Source: a virus (Duplodnaviria; Caudoviricetes). From it: a stretch of DNA of 64,000 bases. Position 1 is the first letter of the stretch, and each line of letters starts with the position of its first letter. The stretch lies in the IMG/VR virus record IMGVR_UViG_3300047297_000146, positions 1,835 to 65,834 of that record; one strand, written 5' to 3'. Positions 26,663-35,797 of the stretch are shown here, one piece after another. The notes below the pieces were generated by a model. That model was not told where the DNA came from and did not search any database. It saw only the letters and a list, made by a program, of their open reading frames with translations. The position numbers were made by a program, and so were the translations under genes.

Positions 26663-26934
26663 TGGGAAACTACCCATACACTTACACTAATCAGTGCTAT
26701 GACTTTGAGGGCCGTGAATTCGGCCCTCCTACTGTTTATAGAGATGCTAAATCAGCTAAGGTGATGGCTCGTTACAGAGTCATCATCCAAGAAGACTCCG
26801 TGCCCGTGCTCCATGTACGGATAACACGTAGATTGAATGGCACATACAACGATGAGCCATTCATGCTCGTCTGGTTTGATGACAAGACCGGACAACCAAC
26901 ACAATCAACCCGTAAGGAACATCTAATTAAATGA
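26662..26934 (+). CDS. Hypothetical protein
   Basis: TGATG coupling. Confidence 0.6.
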   Translation: MGNYPYTYTNQCYDFEGREFGPPTVYRDAKSAKVMARYRVIIQEDSVPVLHVRITRRLNGTYNDEPFMLVWFDDKTGQPTQSTRKEHLIK

Positions 26935-27185
26935 AATTACCTTTTGACGTTATCAGTGGGGCACTTCTACTAGAAGCATTGTTTAACGAAAACATTATCA
27001 ATCAGGGTCAATACGACAGAATCGATAAACACTTTGACGATCTGCGTAATCATGTCAACTACACACTTGTAATTGTTGGCGAGCTATCAGATTTTCTTGA
27101 CGAAGATCAATTTAATGATGCGATTAACTTAGTCCAATCAAAATGCTCATTGACTCCTGATCATACTTTCTATCTCGCTATCTAA
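26931..27185 (+). CDS. Hypothetical acidic protein
   Basis: ATGA coupling, AAGGA RBS. Confidence 0.6.
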   Translation: MKLPFDVISGALLLEALFNENIINQGQYDRIDKHFDDLRNHVNYTLVIVGELSDFLDEDQFNDAINLVQSKCSLTPDHTFYLAI

Positions 27186-27191
27186 TGTTTG

Positions 27192-27222
27192 ATGTGAGGG
27201 GTGCGTCTCACTAACAACGCAC
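27192..27222 (+). ncRNA. Repeated H-type pseudoknot, copy 1
   Basis: GUGAG-GG-GUGCGU-CUCAC-UAACA-ACGCAC: S1 GUGAG/CUCAC, S2 GUGCGU/ACGCAC. Confidence 0.6.
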
Positions 27223-27238
27223 AGAAAGAAACACAATT

Positions 27239-27727
27239 ATGTCTACGCTCACAACATTTGATTATTTCGTCTCCCGCCTCACCGATGACATCCGACGCAT
27301 CGGAGAAGGCAATGGCAACACATACGATTTCTACGAGACAACAAGTCACGACAAAGATTTCAATATCAATGGACATCGTGTTGTCCTCAGCTTCACATTG
27401 CGTATTGATGTGGCAACACGAGACTTGGCATTCCTTGATCGAATCGTAGCCAAGGTTGATGTAGCACTAACGATGTACGAAATTGAGAATGTTCGTAATG
27501 AGCCATCCAGTAGGAAGCTGCGTACATTCAACATCAAGACTAAATCAGAGACGTTAGATGACCAGATTCAAGAGGCCCTCAAAGCGTTCAACGTAATCAT
27601 CAAGGATGTTAACCTTCCTGCTGTTCCGTTTGACTTCTGGAAGTACGTGGCAACATCTATGCCACAGTTCGATAAGTTAGTAGCATCTACTGCTCGTGAC
27701 AATAGCGACCTAGTCGAACTCGCCTAG
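27239..27727 (+). CDS. Hypothetical protein flanked by 30-nt direct repeats
   Basis: 162 aa, between the two pseudoknot copies. Confidence 0.7.
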   Translation: MSTLTTFDYFVSRLTDDIRRIGEGNGNTYDFYETTSHDKDFNINGHRVVLSFTLRIDVATRDLAFLDRIVAKVDVALTMYEIENVRNEPSSRKLRTFNIKTKSETLDDQIQEALKAFNVIIKDVNLPAVPFDFWKYVATSMPQFDKLVASTARDNSDLVELA

Positions 27728-27732
27728 TGACA

Positions 27733-27763
27733 ATGTGAGGGGTGCGTCTCACCAACAACGCAT
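27733..27763 (+). ncRNA. Repeated H-type pseudoknot, copy 2
   Basis: 29/30 nt identical to copy 1 (difference in loop 3); terminal S2 pair G-C becomes G.U. Confidence 0.6.
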
Positions 27764-27786
27764 ACTACACAATGAAAGACAACACA

Positions 27787-28029
27787 ATGAGACAAATTAC
27801 ACTTGTATCCGTTCCAATGTTTAATGCACCGGGCATGTTACGTTGGGCACGTCACTTTTATCGCATGACTAACTGCTCAAAAAAAGACAAAAAGTATTTC
27901 TTGGGTGTCATGGAAGCATGGGTAACAGACAAAGCAACTGCAAAGTACTGCCTTGAATGTCCTGATGACGTAATCGTATGGGATGACAAAGAACAGACAG
28001 CAACAATAACAATAAAGGTAACAAAATGA
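27787..28029 (+). CDS. Hypothetical protein
   Basis: ORF MRQITLV... after an AC-rich leader. Confidence 0.6.
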   Translation: MRQITLVSVPMFNAPGMLRWARHFYRMTNCSKKDKKYFLGVMEAWVTDKATAKYCLECPDDVIVWDDKEQTATITIKVTK

Positions 28030-28343
28030 AAGCAGAAGATCCAGTTGTATACAAGTATGAGTATTGGTCTACGTATGGTGATGCCAGCCCTAACCGTAGG
28101 ACAAACATCTATTTCAAAACATACAGAACACAACCTACTAAAGTTACTGTGCGACGTGAATTAGCAGTAATGATTGGATGCGTTGCTTTACGTAGAGGCG
28201 TTGAGCAAAACGATGATGGCACTCAACTCAGACTATACAGTGAGCGTCACGCAATGGTTGGGTTTGGTGGTCTATGTCTAGCCAACACAGGTAAGACATA
28301 CAAAGAACTGAAAGAGTTATACAACAATGAGCGAATGGTTTAG
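28026..28343 (+). CDS. Hypothetical protein
   Basis: ATGA coupling. Confidence 0.6.
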   Translation: MKAEDPVVYKYEYWSTYGDASPNRRTNIYFKTYRTQPTKVTVRRELAVMIGCVALRRGVEQNDDGTQLRLYSERHAMVGFGGLCLANTGKTYKELKELYNNERMV

Positions 28344-28710
28344 CCTAGAAGACCGCAACTATCAGAATGACCACCGTGTACGCGGTGGTCAGGATCGTTG
28401 GTGGATAGACATCAATGAGCGCAAAATGATCGCGAGACACAAATATGACACGGAAGATGACAAACAAGTTTGGTACAAGTTTAAGTATGAGACCTGCGAT
28501 ACGTGTGATGGTAAAGGCCATCATGTTAATCCTTCTGTTGATAGCAATGGTCTAACGTATGAAGACTTATACGACGGTGGCTATGCAGAAGATTACTTTG
28601 ATGGTGTGTATAACGTGGATTGCTATAAATGCCATGGCAATAGAGTAATGCCAGTCAAGTTTGGCAAGCCAATACACATAGAACCTAAAGAGGATGATGA
28701 CAATGAGTGA
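28327..28710 (+). CDS. DnaJ-like zinc-finger protein
   Basis: CDTCDGKG...CYKCHGN. Confidence 0.7.
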   Translation: MSEWFSLEDRNYQNDHRVRGGQDRWWIDINERKMIARHKYDTEDDKQVWYKFKYETCDTCDGKGHHVNPSVDSNGLTYEDLYDGGYAEDYFDGVYNVDCYKCHGNRVMPVKFGKPIHIEPKEDDDNE

Positions 28711-29104
28711 CAAAAGCATCTTTCTACAAGCATGGGATGAGATTATAGAAGACAGTGAGGTAGCACAAGAGTGCTACCTTTCTCTTTATGAGAACGTGCC
28801 TTATTATGGTGGACCAGAGGAAGGAGGTTGGTGGGGTTATTTACAGATACTCCAAAAATATTGCAAGTGTTCATCACGTGAGACAGCAGAAATGCTGATG
28901 GAAAAATTGCGTGATCACTGCGAAGAACTAACAGCAGAGTCAAAGAAAGCTGATGGTGACGATTGTTTACGTCACATAGAACGTGCTGATCGACGAGGTG
29001 AAGATGTTGATGATGACGGATATGACGGACCATCAACATACTACATGATAATAGAATCGATGCCCGGACAGCATCAAAACACAACGAGGAGTCATTATGA
29101 GTAA
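28703..29104 (+). CDS. Acidic hypothetical protein (YGGPEEGGWW motif)
   Basis: GAGGA RBS; distinctive motif. Confidence 0.65.
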   Translation: MSDKSIFLQAWDEIIEDSEVAQECYLSLYENVPYYGGPEEGGWWGYLQILQKYCKCSSRETAEMLMEKLRDHCEELTAESKKADGDDCLRHIERADRRGEDVDDDGYDGPSTYYMIIESMPGQHQNTTRSHYE

Positions 29105-29480
29105 ATATATACCAGAGTACTATCACAAAGCAGCTGACATCATTATGGCTATGGCAGCTCAAGTATGGGAGCTGCAATGGCAAAACAGCGAGTGGGTGCA
29201 TTGTGAATGCAATCAACATCGTACATACGCAACAGACATTGTTGAGGACGAATACTGCGTAGATACGTGGAAGGTTAATGTCGAGGTTGGCATATGCCTT
29301 GACTGTAACCCAGCAACTTGCGAGGGTGAATGTGATGATCTAAGCACAGTTAATATCGAGGTCGGCTGGGCAGGACTAAGCAAGGAAGACTGCGAAAAAA
29401 TATGCCAAGTAATAGATCTTGATGATGACAAATACGGAGAGTATTGGTTTTGGAATAGCAAAGGAGACAGTAGTGGATAA
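29097..29480 (+). CDS. Cys-rich acidic hypothetical protein
   Basis: GAGGAG RBS; many Cys, Asp and Glu residues. Confidence 0.6.
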   Translation: MSKYIPEYYHKAADIIMAMAAQVWELQWQNSEWVHCECNQHRTYATDIVEDEYCVDTWKVNVEVGICLDCNPATCEGECDDLSTVNIEVGWAGLSKEDCEKICQVIDLDDDKYGEYWFWNSKGDSSG

Positions 29481-29899
29481 TGCCATCTAAAAAACTAACA
29501 CCTAAACAAATAGCGTCAATACATCATCAAGCAAACAATGGCGTAAGTGTTGTTGCACTTTGTGCTAAATATAACTTATCGTCATCACACATTTACCGAA
29601 TCAAGAACAACGAACAACGTAACCGAAGGAAAACACAATTGAGTACATATAACGGCTGGACTAATCACGCGACATGGTTGTTTTATCTGCATCACCAAGA
29701 AGATGTAGAGAACTGGTATCAAGATCACGATGAGGAAACACGTGAACATCTTGATGCGTCCGATATCGAATCATACTTTGAGGATATGTATAGTGAGCTA
29801 ATTGATGGCATTGCTAACATCTACCTCACTGACATAATCAACAACGAATTACGTGACGTTAATTGGCGCGAGATACTTAAGACAATAAAGGAAGACTAA
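29480..29899 (+). CDS. HTH domain fused to a YNGWTN..TW domain
   Basis: KLTPKQI...LCAKYNLSSSHIYRIK HTH, then an acidic domain starting YNGWTNHATW. Confidence 0.6.
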   Translation: MPSKKLTPKQIASIHHQANNGVSVVALCAKYNLSSSHIYRIKNNEQRNRRKTQLSTYNGWTNHATWLFYLHHQEDVENWYQDHDEETREHLDASDIESYFEDMYSELIDGIANIYLTDIINNELRDVNWREILKTIKED

Positions 29900-29901
29900 C
29901 A

Positions 29902-30795
29902 ATGACAGCAAAAGAATATCTAAACAAGTTCGGGCTGGATGCAAATCCAGCCCTTTTCACTAATGTACGCAATGGCAAAGACATGAAGCCAAAGTACAAC
30001 TCGTATTGTATGTACACAGGTTGGTCACAGCTTGACCCACGACACAACATCATTGCAGTTATGTCTAACTGTCAGACTAACACAGAAGACTACAACATCA
30101 AGACTGGTGATATGTTGCAGACCTACATCATCATGCGTGATGTTCACCCACAAGACGCCATTGATACAGGACTCGATCGTTGTATCTGTGGTAGATGTCC
30201 ACATATGAAAGGTTGGAAGCACCACATTGTCAATGGCAAGCTGAAGACAGTTCGTACTTGTTATGTCAATATTGGTAAGGGTGTTAGTGCTATTTATGAG
30301 TCATGGCATCGTGGCAATATTCCACTTGTATCTAGTGACGTTGCTGCGTCAATACAAGTTGTTGCTGGCAAGCAGACACGCATTGGTTCATATGGTGACC
30401 CAGTAGCCGTGCCATTTCCTATATGGAATGACTTACTGCGTCATAGCCTTGGCCATCGTGGATACACACATCAGTGGCGCAGCAAGATTGCAGAACCATT
30501 CAAGGGCATACTACAAGCGTCATGTGATAGTTATTCTGACCAGTATGAGGCAGAGCAAGCTGGTTGGGGTACATTTACTGTCTTGCCTGAGCATGACTAC
30601 GTAAATCGTCGGCACGTAGCATACAGCAAGGGTATGAAGCAATGCCCTAGCGATCCATTCATCAATGAGATGCGTACCTTTCGCAATATGCTGCCAATGC
30701 ATACAGATTGCGTAGGATGTCCAGCATCGTTACAGTGTGATGGCGATAGTCATGTTGTCATCCGTGCCCACGGCAGTGCAGCTGCGTGGGTTTAA
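29902..30795 (+). CDS. Gp88-like Cys-rich (putative Fe-S) phage protein
   Basis: ICGRCPH...CYVN, RIGSYGDP, GYTHQWR, ASCDS, CP...CxxC...C. Confidence 0.55.
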   Translation: MTAKEYLNKFGLDANPALFTNVRNGKDMKPKYNSYCMYTGWSQLDPRHNIIAVMSNCQTNTEDYNIKTGDMLQTYIIMRDVHPQDAIDTGLDRCICGRCPHMKGWKHHIVNGKLKTVRTCYVNIGKGVSAIYESWHRGNIPLVSSDVAASIQVVAGKQTRIGSYGDPVAVPFPIWNDLLRHSLGHRGYTHQWRSKIAEPFKGILQASCDSYSDQYEAEQAGWGTFTVLPEHDYVNRRHVAYSKGMKQCPSDPFINEMRTFRNMLPMHTDCVGCPASLQCDGDSHVVIRAHGSAAAWV

Positions 30796-30828
30796 TTAAA
30801 CAAATAAATAAACACAGAGGAGTTAGTA

Positions 30829-31251
30829 ATGTTTTATTCAATATGCGAAGAAGAAGAATGGTCGATTGATCGATATTCTTATACACAGGATTGCCACTAC
30901 ACAGATGACGGGGAGGTTCTCTCCCCGGCTATTGGCGCAGAGTTTATGTTCCGTGTAGGAAAACTATTGTTCTCTGATGTGAGCATCCAGTACACAGATA
31001 AAGCAGTTGTTAAGTTTATTGATGAGGTTACGGAATCAATGAAAGTAAATCGACCGACTGATGATGAGATTACAAAGTTTTGCGCACTTGTTGCATCGGT
31101 TTATCACGAGTCAAACATTGACGAGTTCAACGATGCATTGTCTGAGTACATTGGTGACTGCACATACGAAGAATGGAATGACATGTTTAGTTCACATGAC
31201 TTGTATATAGATACATGTCTTGATCAACCAACAGGATGGGGAGAAGACTAA
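30829..31251 (+). CDS. Highly acidic hypothetical protein
   Basis: GAGGAG RBS; Asp/Glu-rich. Confidence 0.65.
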   Translation: MFYSICEEEEWSIDRYSYTQDCHYTDDGEVLSPAIGAEFMFRVGKLLFSDVSIQYTDKAVVKFIDEVTESMKVNRPTDDEITKFCALVASVYHESNIDEFNDALSEYIGDCTYEEWNDMFSSHDLYIDTCLDQPTGWGED

Positions 31252-31547
31252 TGACAGAAGAAGAATGGAACATTAAAGACTTAGCTTTTGAGAAAGCACT
31301 GCGTAAACTCCGGGATGAATTCCCGGAGTTTTACATTGAAGTGTGGGGACCATACGACTTTGTTTGTGGAGTCAACAGAGAAGAGTTTCAATCACACGAC
31401 TTAATCATGGCTGAAATCATCGAGCGAGATGATGAGTGGCCAGCTGTAGTAGAAGAACTACACGAGGGATTTGATGCCAACTATGGCACGAATTGGGACA
31501 GAATTGACATGACAGTAAAGGAAGTACGACGCAATGCAAGCAAGTGA
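31251..31547 (+). CDS. Acidic hypothetical protein
   Basis: TAATG coupling. Confidence 0.6.
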   Translation: MTEEEWNIKDLAFEKALRKLRDEFPEFYIEVWGPYDFVCGVNREEFQSHDLIMAEIIERDDEWPAVVEELHEGFDANYGTNWDRIDMTVKEVRRNASK

Positions 31548-31860
31548 CACACACATCAAGTGGATACCCGGTGATATTGATAATGAATATTGGTATGACC
31601 AAATTACAGAGGCGTTACATCACTGTGAATGGGTGACTAAATGGCATGCAAGTTGGATTGATAAACCTAACCTGTGGCATATCGACATACACAATGAGGA
31701 AGATGAAATATGCACATTGTCTCCTATTGATGTCTTGACATATCTAAGAAAGGCATGGAAAAAGGGCGATCGGTCGTTTGAGGAAGAACAACAAGTTGAT
31801 CAAGATGTAATTGACACAATGCTACAAATAATAATATTCGGTGAGTTAGTTTACGGATAA
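31534..31860 (+). CDS. Acidic hypothetical protein
   Basis: AAGGA RBS; ends IIFGELVYG. Confidence 0.6.
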   Translation: MQASDTHIKWIPGDIDNEYWYDQITEALHHCEWVTKWHASWIDKPNLWHIDIHNEEDEICTLSPIDVLTYLRKAWKKGDRSFEEEQQVDQDVIDTMLQIIIFGELVYG

Positions 31861-31871
31861 GGAATAACACA

Positions 31872-32369
31872 ATGCCTAATTGGTGTATGAATGAATTGAC
31901 GATCACTGGCCCAGCAGACAAGGTATCTGCTTGGGCTGAGTTACACACTACAAAATATGAGACGAGCACATCAGTACTAGACTTCAACAAATCTGTGCCA
32001 GAACCATTAGATGAGAATGGATGTGGAAATGTTGACTGGCAGTACAACAACTGGGGTACTAAATGGGGAGCCTGTGATACATGTTATCTAGACTTCAAAG
32101 AAGGGCATGTAACTATCGCATTTGATACAGCATGGGGTCCACCAGATACATGGATACATACTATGTCTGATATGTTTCCTGACCTTGAGTTCACCTGTCG
32201 TTATGCTGAACCCGGCATGTGTTTTGCTGGCAATATATACGCAGGACCTAAAGGTTATGAACATATACAACGTAGTGATGATGATTTAGTAGGAGATGAC
32301 TATCACTTGATGGGTACTGAGGTATGTGAAAGATGCTCCAACTGGGAACCGAAATGCACTTGTGAGTAG
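31872..32369 (+). CDS. DUF1281/YubB ferredoxin-like domain protein
   Basis: MPNWCxN, NWGTKW, FDTAWGPP and YAEPG.FAG motifs. Confidence 0.8.
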   Translation: MPNWCMNELTITGPADKVSAWAELHTTKYETSTSVLDFNKSVPEPLDENGCGNVDWQYNNWGTKWGACDTCYLDFKEGHVTIAFDTAWGPPDTWIHTMSDMFPDLEFTCRYAEPGMCFAGNIYAGPKGYEHIQRSDDDLVGDDYHLMGTEVCERCSNWEPKCTCE

Positions 32370-32371
32370 AT

Positions 32372-32386
32372 TACCTACGGTATAAT
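32372..32386 (+). promoter_or_regulatory. Putative promoter (-10 TATAAT with TACCTACGG motif)
   Basis: TACCTACGGTATAAT in intergenic DNA. Confidence 0.5.
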
Positions 32387-32405
32387 AAGTAGGGATCTAC
32401 CACAC

Positions 32406-32447
32406 CTTGTGGAGTCTGAAATACGTTTTAGGCTCCACAAGTTTTTT
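32406..32447 (+). terminator. Intrinsic terminator
   Basis: CTTGTGGAGTCTGAAA/TTTTAGGCTCCACAAG followed by T6. Confidence 0.75.
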
Positions 32448-32460
32448 ACACAGGAGAATT

Positions 32461-32862
32461 ATGTTACAAGAATTAATTAAATTGCTCGACGCCATGAAAG
32501 ATGGCAGTGAAAATCCAGAGGGATGGAGCAAAATAGAACCACTCGTTAGCACAAATGAAATTGTTATACTTAACTGGCCAGCATGGAAGTTAAAAATTGT
32601 TGCCTTTAAAATGCCTAAGAACTGGGATGGTACACGAGAATCAGCCAACGCTATTGAATCATTAGACAATCTATATTGGGATCAGCATATGAATATCATA
32701 TGGAGAACTCATGCAAATGAGAAAGCACATGACTGGTCAAAGTTAGAACGATGCACTGCAGCAGAAGTTGTTGACACATTCCTTACTGGAGATTGGTCTC
32801 CACCATGGAAGTGTAGTCATTGTTTGTCGCGCATGTCTGGTAAATACAAGCCAAGATTCTAA
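32461..32862 (+). CDS. Hypothetical protein
   Basis: AGGAG RBS before MLQEL; C-terminal CxxC. Confidence 0.6.
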   Translation: MLQELIKLLDAMKDGSENPEGWSKIEPLVSTNEIVILNWPAWKLKIVAFKMPKNWDGTRESANAIESLDNLYWDQHMNIIWRTHANEKAHDWSKLERCTAAEVVDTFLTGDWSPPWKCSHCLSRMSGKYKPRF

Positions 32863-33425
32863 TGGCATCACATCGCAAGAAATACATTGCACCAGTGGCC
32901 TACTATGTGCACATCAATAACGTTGGTGTGCACATATCTAACAAATACACAGCCATACTAATCTTTGAACTATTTGTGTCAAAGGCATCAGGGAATGATG
33001 TCGTTGAGATGAAGAGTGTATTCCCACCAAACCCATGGCCATCATGGTCACGGAGCCACATCATCTCTCTATTAAATGGGTGCTGGTATAGCTCAACACT
33101 AGCAAAATATGTCTACAAAGACAATAAGTTAACGAGTGTAATTGATTACACAAAAACCAATTACAAGCCAGATCATTACGATAGGCATGCAGAATACATG
33201 CACAACAATTTGACACAAGGAGAAAAACAAACACTAAACAAAATACTATCAACACCAGACATATTGAAGTTAGTATTGCAAGCTCCAACTCCGGAGTCTG
33301 CAAAGATAGCAATCAAATATCTAAATACTACTAAGGCAACTTCAATACCACTAATGCATGTAGTAACTTGCTGGAAATTCCTAAAGTTACAACATGAAAA
33401 AAGAAGAAGACAAGAGTCTGCATGA
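32862..33425 (+). CDS. Hypothetical protein
   Basis: TAATG coupling. Confidence 0.55.
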   Translation: MASHRKKYIAPVAYYVHINNVGVHISNKYTAILIFELFVSKASGNDVVEMKSVFPPNPWPSWSRSHIISLLNGCWYSSTLAKYVYKDNKLTSVIDYTKTNYKPDHYDRHAEYMHNNLTQGEKQTLNKILSTPDILKLVLQAPTPESAKIAIKYLNTTKATSIPLMHVVTCWKFLKLQHEKRRRQESA

Positions 33426-33455
33426 GAACTGTTTAACACCTATACTTGCGGTGTT

Positions 33456-33887
33456 ATGGTTAATCGCAGTCGCATATTGGTTCAATCGCTAACCGAAAAA
33501 CAGTTGCAACAATTGGTAGTCCAGTCGTTGCGACTGTTAGGTTACACAGTTTTCGAGTCAGGAAAGGCACGGTCAAAAGTTATGTGCCCTACATGTAAAA
33601 CAAGGCACTACGCTACTGGATGGCAAGGTAATAGTGTAGGGCTACCAGATCTTTATGTACACAACTCCAAATGGAAAATACCAGTTGGAGTTGGCATAGA
33701 GCTTAAAACAACGAAAGGAAAAGTACAAATAGAACAACAATTATTTGCAGATATGAATGTAACTAAAGTATGTAGGTCTTTAGATGAAGTACTAAATGCA
33801 ATACATACAATCGAGTTAGTTATTGGTAATGATCACACAATCAAAAAACTAGAGGAGTTTATTAATAATGAGTACAGACAAAAGTAA
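33456..33887 (+). CDS. VRR-NUC / PD-(D/E)xK endonuclease
   Basis: TEKQLQ, GLPDL, IELKT..GK...EQ and CRSLDEV motifs. Confidence 0.8.
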   Translation: MVNRSRILVQSLTEKQLQQLVVQSLRLLGYTVFESGKARSKVMCPTCKTRHYATGWQGNSVGLPDLYVHNSKWKIPVGVGIELKTTKGKVQIEQQLFADMNVTKVCRSLDEVLNAIHTIELVIGNDHTIKKLEEFINNEYRQK

Positions 33888-34533
33888 ACGTAAACAATAC
33901 TTGTATCCTGTTGAACCAGAGTACATGGATTACTATGTTCCAAGAAAGTGGCATGACACTACGTATGTTTCATTTATAGAAGATGAGGATACATTGTCAT
34001 GGTTTTCTTGCAGCATTGCAGACAAGATTTTTATAGAAGTAAATGATGACCCAGAATACTTTAAACAATTTAATAAGGTTGCTGTACCTATAACATGGAA
34101 AGCTTTATTGTCTGAGTTTCGCGCACTCAATTACAACGAGAAACTCATGTATGTTTACGGGTGTAACAATCATGTGCCAGATAATATTTTTGGTGCATCT
34201 GGCAATCACCTTTACCCAAATGAGACTCTTCTGGCTTCAGTATTAATTGACCCTAAGCAATACGCGCTTAATGAGTTGCATTGTAAAACGGTTGATATTG
34301 ATGGTCAGACGTGCGTTTATTTTGGTAGTTCACCAAATGAATTAGTAAATGCGTTTTCACCAAAAGATAGATTTACTATGTTTAGTGCGTTGCCATTAGG
34401 CATACTTGCTGACAAGTATAGGTACGGGATATTTGATGAGACTATTTACGACATATTACTTGCTGTAACAAGTAGCAAGGCTGCATTAGAAACACTGACC
34501 GATGACATGAAGAAAGAACTATTTGGAGAATAA
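33868..34533 (+). CDS. Hypothetical protein
   Basis: GAGGAG RBS; 221 aa. Confidence 0.6.
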   Translation: MSTDKSKRKQYLYPVEPEYMDYYVPRKWHDTTYVSFIEDEDTLSWFSCSIADKIFIEVNDDPEYFKQFNKVAVPITWKALLSEFRALNYNEKLMYVYGCNNHVPDNIFGASGNHLYPNETLLASVLIDPKQYALNELHCKTVDIDGQTCVYFGSSPNELVNAFSPKDRFTMFSALPLGILADKYRYGIFDETIYDILLAVTSSKAALETLTDDMKKELFGE

Positions 34534-34534
34534 T

Positions 34535-35134
34535 ATGGCATTCAATCCTAAAGATCATTTCATTAACTTAAAAGGCAAGCAGTACTTGCCTGTTGCTCCA
34601 CGTATTGCATGGTTCCGTGAGGAACATCCAGACTGGACAATCATGACGTATGCAGTGCCCGAACTTTCGGGCATTGACTACTGTACATTTGCAGCAGAGA
34701 TTCATGATGCATCAGGCAGACTTATTGCTAAGGCTCACAAGACAGAACATGAGAAGCATTTTGCTGATTACCGAGAGAAGGCAGAAACGGGCGCTATTGG
34801 GCGAGCGTTGGCCTTGTGTGGGTATGGCACACTGTTTGCTCAAGAACTGGAAGAGCCTATTACACCAGCTGGTGATATGCGCATTGTAGATGCACCTCAG
34901 TTAGTAAAACTTACTGGAACTGCAACTGTACTTACACCAGCCAAGAAGTTTAACTTAGAGTGTAAACGTATATGGGGTGCAGGTATTAGCTCGTCAGATA
35001 TGAAGCGCGTGTTTGAACGTCTTGCTGGTCATACAGATACTAGCGATGAAAACCTGCGTTTAGTTGCAGAAGTATTGATGGGATTCAATACACCAGAAGA
35101 AGCAGAGTCAGTGTTCTTAACAGAGGAGGAATAA
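34535..35134 (+). CDS. Putative ssDNA-annealing protein (Rad52/Sak-like)
   Basis: KGKQYLPVAPRIAWFRE...EKAETGAIGRALALCGYG. Confidence 0.65.
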   Translation: MAFNPKDHFINLKGKQYLPVAPRIAWFREEHPDWTIMTYAVPELSGIDYCTFAAEIHDASGRLIAKAHKTEHEKHFADYREKAETGAIGRALALCGYGTLFAQELEEPITPAGDMRIVDAPQLVKLTGTATVLTPAKKFNLECKRIWGAGISSSDMKRVFERLAGHTDTSDENLRLVAEVLMGFNTPEEAESVFLTEEE

Positions 35135-35135
35135 A

Positions 35136-35693
35136 TTGGACTTAAGTAAATTTGACATCATCGGTGATAGTTACTACGAGATTGAGACCGGCGAATATGC
35201 CGGTCCAGTTGATGGTTGGCTGGGCGATGAACTTAAAACAGAAGAGGACGTTCTTTTAGCTTTACAGCGTTTACTAAAATACGAGACAGAACTCAAAGCA
35301 GAACAACTTGCAATGCAGTCTGTTGTAGATAGATACAAATCAATGGTCAAAGACAAAGAGCGTAAGGTTCAATGGCTTAAGAATAGATATGGCGATCAAA
35401 TAGCAGACTTTGCGGAGAGTCAACTGGTTGGTAAAGCTAAGACATGGAAGTGTCCATGGGGTCAAGTTGCTTTCCGTACAGTTGCCCCATCCTTTACTGT
35501 TTTAAATGAAGAGCAGGCAGTTATGGTTGTTCCACTTGAAGCAGTCAAGACTGAACATCGAATACTCAAAAGCAAAATACCTAAAGAGGTTCAACTAACA
35601 CTTGTTGATCAGTACCCAGATCTTTTCTGTATTTCTGGATCTACTGAAAATGTAACAATTAAAACATTGACAGCGAGTGATACAGAGGAGTAA
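35136..35693 (+). CDS. Mu Gam-like host-nuclease inhibitor
   Basis: Coiled coil followed by KTWKCPWGQVAFR. Confidence 0.6.
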   Translation: MDLSKFDIIGDSYYEIETGEYAGPVDGWLGDELKTEEDVLLALQRLLKYETELKAEQLAMQSVVDRYKSMVKDKERKVQWLKNRYGDQIADFAESQLVGKAKTWKCPWGQVAFRTVAPSFTVLNEEQAVMVVPLEAVKTEHRILKSKIPKEVQLTLVDQYPDLFCISGSTENVTIKTLTASDTEE

Positions 35694-35696
35694 GAT
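35667..35696 (+). promoter_or_regulatory. Sigma70-type promoter
   Basis: TTGACA-18nt-TAAGAT. Confidence 0.6.
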
Positions 35697-35745
35697 TACA
35701 GTGCCTCGTAACCAACATTAATGCGGGGTCAACAACAACCAAATG

Positions 35746-35777
35746 AGGGCCACGGACTTGAAATCCGTGGTCCTTTT
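35746..35777 (+). terminator. Intrinsic terminator
   Basis: AGGGCCACGGA/TCCGTGGTCCT followed by TTT. Confidence 0.65.
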
Positions 35778-35797
35778 GTATCAACGAAAGAAATAAC

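Noticed and set aside
27192-27222. preQ1 or SAM-II riboswitch
   Set aside because: Topology is similar but the conserved ligand-binding nucleotides are not recognisable.
27183-27763. Stop-codon readthrough signal (pseudoknots 7-8 nt after stops, as in MLV)
   Set aside because: In-frame TGA follows within 0-3 codons in both cases, so readthrough would yield nothing.
21847-27763. CRISPR mini-array from the intergenic repeats
   Set aside because: Repeats are separated by whole genes rather than 30-40-nt spacers; no cas genes.
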